This document shows positions 58,198 through 64,000 of a stretch of DNA of 64,000 bases, piece by piece. This DNA comes from an uncultured Gammaproteobacteria bacterium (GTDB taxonomy: Bacteria; Patescibacteriota; Microgenomatia; Daviesbacterales; UBA10151). The DNA is taken from positions 71,184 through 135,183 of the forward strand of contig CAYMRP010000004.1 in assembly GCA_964392925.1 (NCBI GenBank). The letters run 5' to 3'. Every line of letters begins with the position of its first letter. Position 1 is the first letter of the stretch. Position numbers and translations under genes: made by a program. The notes below the pieces were generated by a model. It had not been told where the DNA came from. It saw only the letters and a program-made list of their open reading frames with translations, and ran no database searches.

Positions 58198-59718
58198 ATG
58201 TACTTACTTAATAAAATTGATTCTCTTCTAAATTCAATCACCATGTACCGGCTGGTGCTATATGTATTACTAGTCCAATCCGCATTCGCAATAATTCTAG
58301 GTTTTCTAAATCTCCTACCTTATTCCGGAATCCAATTCACACTGACGCTTCTAGTTTTAGTCATAGTTAGTTATATATCCAATTTAATTTTTGCCTGGAC
58401 CGTCAAAGCCGTAGTTAACGTAGAGTCCTGGTTAATAACTGCCTTGATTCTTTTTTTAGTCCTGGCCCCGATAAATAATTTTCAGGATTTTATAGTCACC
58501 ACTGTTATCGCGATAGTGGCTATGGCTTCCAAATACTTTTTAACTTATGACAAAAGACATATCTTTAATCCGGCCGCTTTAGCTATGTTTCTAGCTAGCC
58601 TTTTCGGTTTCGGAAATTCTATTTGGTGGATTGGAAGTTCAATTATGCTGCCTGTCGTTTTAGTAACCGGCTTATTAATTGTTAGAAAAATTAGGAGATT
58701 TAGGTTAGTGATTATGTTCCTTGTCACAGCTGTCCTAACAGTCAGTGTCTTTAATTATTTAAATGGTATTCCTCTTACCCAAGCCTTAATCCAAGTTTTT
58801 ACATCTTGGCCTTTAATCTTTTTTGCAACGATTATGTTAACAGAGCCATTCACAACTCCTCCCAACAGAGAGTTCCGAAATTACTACGGAGTTTTTACTG
58901 GAGCATTATTTGGCTCTCAATTCTCAATCGGTCCTCTTTACGCTTCTCCAGAGCTCGCCCTAGTTGCCGGTAATTTTGTGTCATTTCTTTTAAGTCCTAA
59001 GGGTAAATTAATCCTTAAGTTTAAACAAAGAAACCAACTCGCTCCAACAATTTTCGAATTTATTTTTTCTCACAATGGGAAATATAATTTTACTCCTGGC
59101 GAATATTTAGAATGGACCCTGCCTCACCCAAATTCAGATTCAAGAGGTGTCAGAAGATATTTCACTATTGCCTCCTCCCCAGAAGAACCAGATTTAAAAC
59201 TTGGGGTTAAAATTATTCCTGATAAATCAAGTAGTTTTAAAAAAGCTCTCTTGGCTTTACAGCCCGGCAGTACACTTGCCGCCGACCAACTCTCGGGTGA
59301 TTTTGTCCTGCCTAAAAATCCCTCTCAAAAATTAGTTTTTATTGCTGGAGGAATCGGGGTAACTCCGTTTCGCAGTATGATTAATAGTCTAATTGTTAGT
59401 GGCGCAAAAAAGGACATAGTCCTTTTTTATAGCGCCGCAGATCCAAAAGAATTCGTCTATAAAGATATTTTCACTCAAGCAGAATCTTCCGGACTTAAAA
59501 CAGTTTATGTTTTTGGCGGTAAAGAAGTACCGCCTGATTGGCAAGGGGAGACAGGATTTCTAAATGAAGCAATGCTCAGAAAATATGTCCCTGATCTGAA
59601 AGAACGGAAATTCTATATGTCAGGTCCTGTCGCGATGGTTAACAATTATAAAGGCCTTCTGAAAACCCTAGGCATCTCCAACTCATCAATCGTTACCGAC
59701 TACTTCCCCGGCTTCTAG
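58198..59718 (+). CDS. Fusion of an NqrB/RnfD-like polytopic membrane domain to a ferredoxin-NADP reductase-like FAD/NAD(P)H-binding domain
   Basis: N-terminal 6-8 TM helices with RHIFNPAALAMFLASLF (compare NqrB RNFLNPALAGRAFLFF). C-terminal RRYFTIASSP (RxYS FAD site) and FIAGGIGVTPF (GGxGxxP NAD(P)H site). Confidence 0.55.
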   Translation: MYLLNKIDSLLNSITMYRLVLYVLLVQSAFAIILGFLNLLPYSGIQFTLTLLVLVIVSYISNLIFAWTVKAVVNVESWLITALILFLVLAPINNFQDFIVTTVIAIVAMASKYFLTYDKRHIFNPAALAMFLASLFGFGNSIWWIGSSIMLPVVLVTGLLIVRKIRRFRLVIMFLVTAVLTVSVFNYLNGIPLTQALIQVFTSWPLIFFATIMLTEPFTTPPNREFRNYYGVFTGALFGSQFSIGPLYASPELALVAGNFVSFLLSPKGKLILKFKQRNQLAPTIFEFIFSHNGKYNFTPGEYLEWTLPHPNSDSRGVRRYFTIASSPEEPDLKLGVKIIPDKSSSFKKALLALQPGSTLAADQLSGDFVLPKNPSQKLVFIAGGIGVTPFRSMINSLIVSGAKKDIVLFYSAADPKEFVYKDIFTQAESSGLKTVYVFGGKEVPPDWQGETGFLNEAMLRKYVPDLKERKFYMSGPVAMVNNYKGLLKTLGISNSSIVTDYFPGF

Positions 59719-59867
59719 TTATATTACGTTTCGAACGCAGTGAGAAAAACATGCTCTTCATATTTTTCGAGCATAGCGAGAAAATACTTTACTGTGTTTC
59801 GCTAACAAGTTAGAATATTGACAAACGCCACAAAGTTGCATATACTTAATGCCACAAGGTTGCAATT

Positions 59868-60857
59868 ATGGAAAGAAGAGAAGCCTCTAACGAACTAAAT
59901 AAATCACTAAACTCTGTTGGCTTAAGACTTGAAGGTGCCCCAAAAGTTATAATCCCTAAAACGCTTAGTGCTGAAATTCTGGCAGCAAAAGCCATCGCTA
60001 TGTCAGAAGACATGCAATATGGTTTTGATTTAGCAAATATAGTCACAGATCTCAGGCAATCTGCAATCAGAACCCTAAAAGACGGAAAGTCCTTTCCATT
60101 AGTACTGGATATACCAAACCTCGCAGATCCGAATTATGAACCTACTCCAGCTGATATTGCGCCTTCTTTGCTCGCCGCAAGTCTTGGAAGTTTTGCAATT
60201 GTCAGGATTGCTATGCCAAACTCAGATCACAGTATATCGCAGCTTTACGGAACAACTACACCCAGAACAAACATTGATGAGGGGGAACTGCAATTTACTT
60301 ACATCGGATTAAGAGTCTCGAGTAAGAGCGGTTATAAATGGGAGTCCCCCGCGCAAATAGATCCTTTAAGACCAGACCTGGTCTCTCCGGCCGATATGGA
60401 AACTTATTTATCAGGTGCAAATCAACTCGGCCTAGTTGGTGATCACGATAACTCAGGAATAAAAGTTTCAGATCCAAGACACTTAATAAATCTCCTCCAC
60501 GGCCTAGCAAATCCTGGACTTAGCGGACATTGGGCAGATGCACTTGAAAGTAATGGTCAAAGAAAACTTTTGACCGAAACATCAGCAAAAAGAATAATTG
60601 CCCCTAACGAGTTTGGCGACAGCTTGTATCAAGACCCCCTAAACACGACCCCTGTATTCACAATAGGTGCAGAGAGAATTCCCATGGCCATAGTTCTGGC
60701 CCCTGAACTTATGGAAGATATAGATTCTCTTGAAACCAGACGCAGTAATAAACCGGGAAGTCTTGAAACTTTGCAAGGAATGGCGCTCGCTGCACGTTTC
60801 GCGCAGAGATTAGGGGATAGCTTAGATCGGGCAATACCTAAAAGCGGAATGATTTAA
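59868..60857 (+). CDS. Hypothetical protein
   Basis: 329-aa ORF with no recognisable motif. Confidence 0.3.
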   Translation: MERREASNELNKSLNSVGLRLEGAPKVIIPKTLSAEILAAKAIAMSEDMQYGFDLANIVTDLRQSAIRTLKDGKSFPLVLDIPNLADPNYEPTPADIAPSLLAASLGSFAIVRIAMPNSDHSISQLYGTTTPRTNIDEGELQFTYIGLRVSSKSGYKWESPAQIDPLRPDLVSPADMETYLSGANQLGLVGDHDNSGIKVSDPRHLINLLHGLANPGLSGHWADALESNGQRKLLTETSAKRIIAPNEFGDSLYQDPLNTTPVFTIGAERIPMAIVLAPELMEDIDSLETRRSNKPGSLETLQGMALAARFAQRLGDSLDRAIPKSGMI

Positions 60858-60859
60858 CT

Positions 60860-61396
60860 ATGCTAGAGACAGCATCACCTAAAAAATTATTTGGAAAGAA
60901 AAAAATAGAATCTCAGGATATATCAACTCATTCTTTGGGAAACCCAATTCTAATAACAGAAACTCTCGACATTTTTAACCAAAGCCTGAGTGCCGAGATT
61001 ATAAAACAGGACCAGCAAATTACAGAGGTCCTTAAAAAAACATCAGATAACTTTATTAACTTCACAGGTCCTAAAGTTTTAGATTGGAATAAAAGTACTG
61101 GAAGAATAGCATTAGCAGAAAGTGTCATCAAAAATTCCGAAACCGAGTTTTTAGCATTCCGGCAAAGAATGACCGCTATGGCAGATGCTGATGGTTGCGG
61201 TGGTAAAAATGAAATTGCAAAATCTTCAGAGTCTGCTCTTTCTTCAAATGCGAATGTTATAGATTTTGGACAGGCGAAATTAAACAAAGCCTTAGGGATA
61301 AATAATAAACATACTCATAAATCAGGGGAACACGATCATTGTTCTCACGGCAATGATTACGGAGAATGCCCTAGCGGTTGTAAAAAAGCAGCCTAA
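60860..61396 (+). CDS. Hypothetical protein with a Cys/His-rich metal-binding-like C-terminus
   Basis: HTHKSGEHDHCSHGNDYGECPSGCKK tail. Confidence 0.3.
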   Translation: MLETASPKKLFGKKKIESQDISTHSLGNPILITETLDIFNQSLSAEIIKQDQQITEVLKKTSDNFINFTGPKVLDWNKSTGRIALAESVIKNSETEFLAFRQRMTAMADADGCGGKNEIAKSSESALSSNANVIDFGQAKLNKALGINNKHTHKSGEHDHCSHGNDYGECPSGCKKAA

Positions 61397-61417
61397 ACTC
61401 TAAAATTAGCTGACTAA

Positions 61418-62497
61418 ATGAAAAAAATCCTAGCAGTACTTCTCCTTTTTCTTGCGTTACAAATATCTCCTGCTTTAGCTCAGGAAAACTTAGATCAGAC
61501 CATAAATTCCTCTGGGTATTCAACCCCGACCGATGAAATAAAACTTGAAGGTGTAGTTTTAGAAGATGGAAAAAAAGTCGAAGTGACCTCTCCTAACCGG
61601 CAGGGCGAAATTCTAAATACTGAGCAATCTTTTAATGCCCCTAATTCTCCGAGTTTTAAAAATGGTGATAAAGTAAAAGTTTCAATCTTTACGAATCCTG
61701 ATAACTCTCAGCAAATTTTCATTACTGATTTTATTAGAACCAGCCCGCTTTATTGGCTGTTCGGGTTATTTGTTTTGCTTGTTTTAATAATAGGAAAAAA
61801 ATCAGGACTCGGCTCGCTCGTCGGTATGGCTATATCTTTTGCAGTTCTATTCCTTTTTATTGTTCCCCAAATAACCGCCGGTCAAAATCCAATCTGGACT
61901 ACTTTAATTGGAGTATTATTTATTCTTCCTATAACTTTTTATCTATCCCACGGCATCAATAAAAAAACTACTATTGCTCTTGTTTCAACTTTTCTTTCTG
62001 TTTGTTTTACCAGTCTATTATCAATCTTCTTTATTAATACCGCCAAAATTTCCGGCTATGCTAGTGAACAGGCCGGCTTTATTCAAACTGCCAGAAGCGG
62101 AAGCTTCGATATTCAGGGATTATTATTTGCCGGAATTGTAATAAGCATAATTGGTATTCTGGATGATGTCACTATTTCTCAGGCCTCCATTGTTAATCAA
62201 CTGAAGATCGAACTACCAAAAGCTAAAGTGCTAGAGCTTTATAAAAAAGCTATGAATATTGGTCGCGATCATATTGGCTCTGTTGTAAATACGTTAATTC
62301 TTGTTTATGCCGGCGCATCCCTGCCGCTTTTAGTTTTATTCACAGACAGCAGTATTGGTTTTAACGAAGCGCTCAACAATGAAATAGTCGCCGAAGAAAT
62401 AGTAAAAACTCTGGTTGCCAGCATCGGACTTGTTCTATCAATTCCTTTGACCACAATTCTGGCTGCTTATTTTCTCAGTAATGACAAAGAAGCTTAA
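61418..62497 (+). CDS. YibE/F-like polytopic membrane protein with an N-terminal extracytoplasmic domain
   Basis: Signal peptide, ~100-aa soluble domain, then 6-7 TM helices. The architecture matches the YibE/F family. Confidence 0.4.
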   Translation: MKKILAVLLLFLALQISPALAQENLDQTINSSGYSTPTDEIKLEGVVLEDGKKVEVTSPNRQGEILNTEQSFNAPNSPSFKNGDKVKVSIFTNPDNSQQIFITDFIRTSPLYWLFGLFVLLVLIIGKKSGLGSLVGMAISFAVLFLFIVPQITAGQNPIWTTLIGVLFILPITFYLSHGINKKTTIALVSTFLSVCFTSLLSIFFINTAKISGYASEQAGFIQTARSGSFDIQGLLFAGIVISIIGILDDVTISQASIVNQLKIELPKAKVLELYKKAMNIGRDHIGSVVNTLILVYAGASLPLLVLFTDSSIGFNEALNNEIVAEEIVKTLVASIGLVLSIPLTTILAAYFLSNDKEA

Positions 62498-62862
62498 GAA
62501 TTAATAATTGCTCTTGTCGCTTCAACATCCCTGGCCATTTGTGCAGTCAAATCTTTCTTATCAGGAAAATTCATAACTGGTCTTAAAAATTTAATAACTT
62601 CAACTTCGAATTCACGGGAATTCGGAATATCCGATTCCTTCGTATCAATTAAAAAGAACTCCAATGTTTTATCATCTTCTAAGAAAACCGGAATCGGCCC
62701 GTAATGCATTGCACCAATAAATTCTTTGTCTTCAATAAAAACTTTAACTGCATAAATTCCGTCATCTAAAATTAAGTCTGTTGGGATTTCTAAATTGATT
62801 GTTGGGAACCCTAAGATCTTCCCCCGGCCCTTCCCTTTAACTTGTGTGCTCTTAAACCTCAT
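62494..62862 (-). CDS. Riboflavin kinase (monofunctional flavokinase domain)
   Basis: GKGRGKILGFPTINL, then GIYAVKV and a PIPVFLED..LEFFLID pattern, matching the RibF C-terminal flavokinase domain. Confidence 0.6.
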   Translation of the reverse strand: MRFKSTQVKGKGRGKILGFPTINLEIPTDLILDDGIYAVKVFIEDKEFIGAMHYGPIPVFLEDDKTLEFFLIDTKESDIPNSREFEVEVIKFLRPVMNFPDKKDLTAQMARDVEATRAIINS

Positions 62863-63784
62863 GCTTTAATTGTAGTGAAGATAATCTCCAAATACTAAAC
62901 ATCAAAACCGCAGCTGCCAATAATTGAGTTGGAGCCAAGAATGTTTTATACAAAACTGCATCAATAATAATAGTTAACACCGGAAACACTAATTCCAAAA
63001 TAGTCGCCACCCTAACTGGAGTCTGTTTAAGACCTTTGTAATAGATAAGCAGTGCCACCATACCAGTCGATAAAGCAATAAATCCAAATTTTAGAAACTG
63101 CGAAAAATCTGGTGTAAACAATTGCGGCATCGCCCCTAGAAAAATAATAAATGGAATAGCCAAAATTGTTGTAAAAATAAATCGTAGTCCGGTAACTGTA
63201 TTAGAGTCATACTTTGTTAAAGCCATTTTAGAGAATGTTGTCGAAGTTCCCCAAGCAAACGCTGCTCCTAACGCAAATAAAGCTGCAGTTGCAGTTCCGC
63301 TGCCAGTCCCAAAATTAACCACCCCACCAGGGAAAGTGACAAAGTATGCAGCCGCAAATGCTAGGAGTGCCCAAGGTAAATAACTCTTTTTAATCGGTTC
63401 TTTAAGAAAAATTATCGCCGAGGAAATTGCAAAAATCGGCTGTAGTTTTTGGAGTAAAAATACGACAGAGAAAGGGATGAAGTTAACTTGCAAAAGTGCA
63501 GTTGTAAACCAAAGTGTACCTAATACACCGCTAAGCAACCCAATCACAATTAAAAGTAAAAATTCTTTCCGGGTTAAACGGACAGTAATTAATTTTTTCC
63601 AGATAAATGGAATTAAAATTAATAGTCCTATTAGATGCTCATAAAATACAATAATAATCGGCGGTAAAGAATAAAGGCTCCGTCTAACAACTCCGTCCAA
63701 AGCCCAAAGCACTGCTGCCGTAATAATTAATACTGGCCCTACTTTTAAAATATGTTTAATGAAGTGATTCATATAGATCCCCAC
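62852..63784 (-). CDS. DMT-superfamily transporter (EamA-like, 10 TM helices)
   Basis: Two EamA-like 5-TM repeats; 310 aa. Confidence 0.6.
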   Translation of the reverse strand: MGIYMNHFIKHILKVGPVLIITAAVLWALDGVVRRSLYSLPPIIIVFYEHLIGLLILIPFIWKKLITVRLTRKEFLLLIVIGLLSGVLGTLWFTTALLQVNFIPFSVVFLLQKLQPIFAISSAIIFLKEPIKKSYLPWALLAFAAAYFVTFPGGVVNFGTGSGTATAALFALGAAFAWGTSTTFSKMALTKYDSNTVTGLRFIFTTILAIPFIIFLGAMPQLFTPDFSQFLKFGFIALSTGMVALLIYYKGLKQTPVRVATILELVFPVLTIIIDAVLYKTFLAPTQLLAAAVLMFSIWRLSSLQLKHEV

Positions 63785-63846
63785 ATCGCTCCGCTCCTCA
63801 GGATGACAAATTGAATTTTAAATTTTATTCCATTTGTCAATTTTCC

Positions 63847-63880
63847 AAAAAAAATCCCCGACAAAATCGGGGGTAAATTT
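63847..63880 (-). terminator. Rho-independent terminator for a minus-strand gene lying beyond the window end
   Basis: On the minus strand: ccccga-ttttg-tcgggg followed by 8 U. On the plus strand it reads aaaaaaaatccccgacaaaatcggggg. Confidence 0.5.
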
Positions 63881-64000
63881 TGCACATCAAATGCGCAGCC
63901 TTCTTTCACTCCACTTGCGCCTAATGGCTTGGTGGAGTGTTCCGCACAGCTTTATTAAAAGCGACGTGGAACATCCGGACTATACCGTCGACTTTGGAAT

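Noticed and set aside
1-64000. Possible alternative genetic code (TGA read as Gly, as in some CPR lineages).
   Set aside because: TGA terminates many well-delimited genes here, including several ATGA start/stop overlaps in the glycan operon. Proteins such as SecA, Lon and HppA are full-length under code 11.
63881-64000. GC-rich window end considered as a tmRNA or RNase P RNA 3' fragment (a tggtggag/ctccacca-like string and AGUCCGG-like string).
   Set aside because: There is no convincing T-arm (GGTTCRANYCC) or P4 consensus. Both minus-strand frames can also be read as a short C-terminal CDS. This cannot be supported from 120 bp.

Overview
The window is AT-rich and reads as a compact, streamlined genome of the Patescibacteria/CPR type. 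That placement is an inference from gene content: split transketolase, archaeal-type class I LysRS, class II AdoCbl ribonucleotide reductase, a membrane H+/Na+-pyrophosphatase, many small membrane-anchored hypotheticals, and extensive ATGA start/stop coupling. TGA is used as a stop codon here. Almost all genes run on the + strand.

Order of content:
- 1-8.1 kb: central sugar-phosphate metabolism. Split transketolase, a DsbA-like oxidoreductase, a plant-type (GLYK-like) P-loop glycerate kinase, a PfkB kinase, a NUDIX hydrolase and a LacD-like class I aldolase.
- 8.1-13.4 kb: FAD-linked oxidase and cell-wall remodelling genes (VanW-like, L,D-transpeptidase, beta-helix protein, D-Ala-D-Ala carboxypeptidase).
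- 13.5-29.2 kb: a ~15.7 kb, tightly translationally coupled surface-glycan biosynthesis locus. It opens with a 1581-aa triple glycosyltransferase fusion (GT2 + processive QxxRW GT2 + flippase-like TM block + GT4). It continues with an O-acetyltransferase, a Wzx-like flippase, an APH-fold kinase, GT2/GT4 enzymes, a CE4 deacetylase, two GT-C membrane glycosyltransferases and a GH5-like hydrolase.
- 29.3-30.5 kb: a sortase with an adjacent LAXTG-type substrate.
- 30.7-45.5 kb: cyclophilin; the nrdR-nrdJ-(Cys-rich unknown)-cobO cluster; lon preceded by a CIRCE-like element; soluble PPase next to membrane H+-PPase; an MFS transporter.
- 45.8-48.6 kb: a small accessory block (GNAT-like, Asp racemase, APH-like kinase, minimal nucleotidyltransferase) ending at a minus-strand tRNA-Glu(CUC).
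- 49.0-56.3 kb: class I lysK, serS, a Pro-rich membrane protein on the minus strand, and secA.
- 56.3-59.7 kb: the most interesting candidate. A Fur-family regulator is followed by an NqrC/RnfG-like FMN-binding protein, the ApbE flavin transferase, and a fusion of an NqrB/RnfD-like polytopic domain to a ferredoxin-NADP-reductase-like FAD/NAD(P)H domain. A monofunctional riboflavin kinase and a YibE/F-like membrane protein lie nearby. Together these look like a minimal, previously uncharacterised flavin-based transmembrane electron-transfer module.

Other points worth a second look: a ~110-130 bp intergenic element present twice; a repeated ~20-bp TTCGAAC..GAGAAAA motif; and a GC-rich structured region with two hairpins at 45.5-45.8 kb that may be a small RNA.
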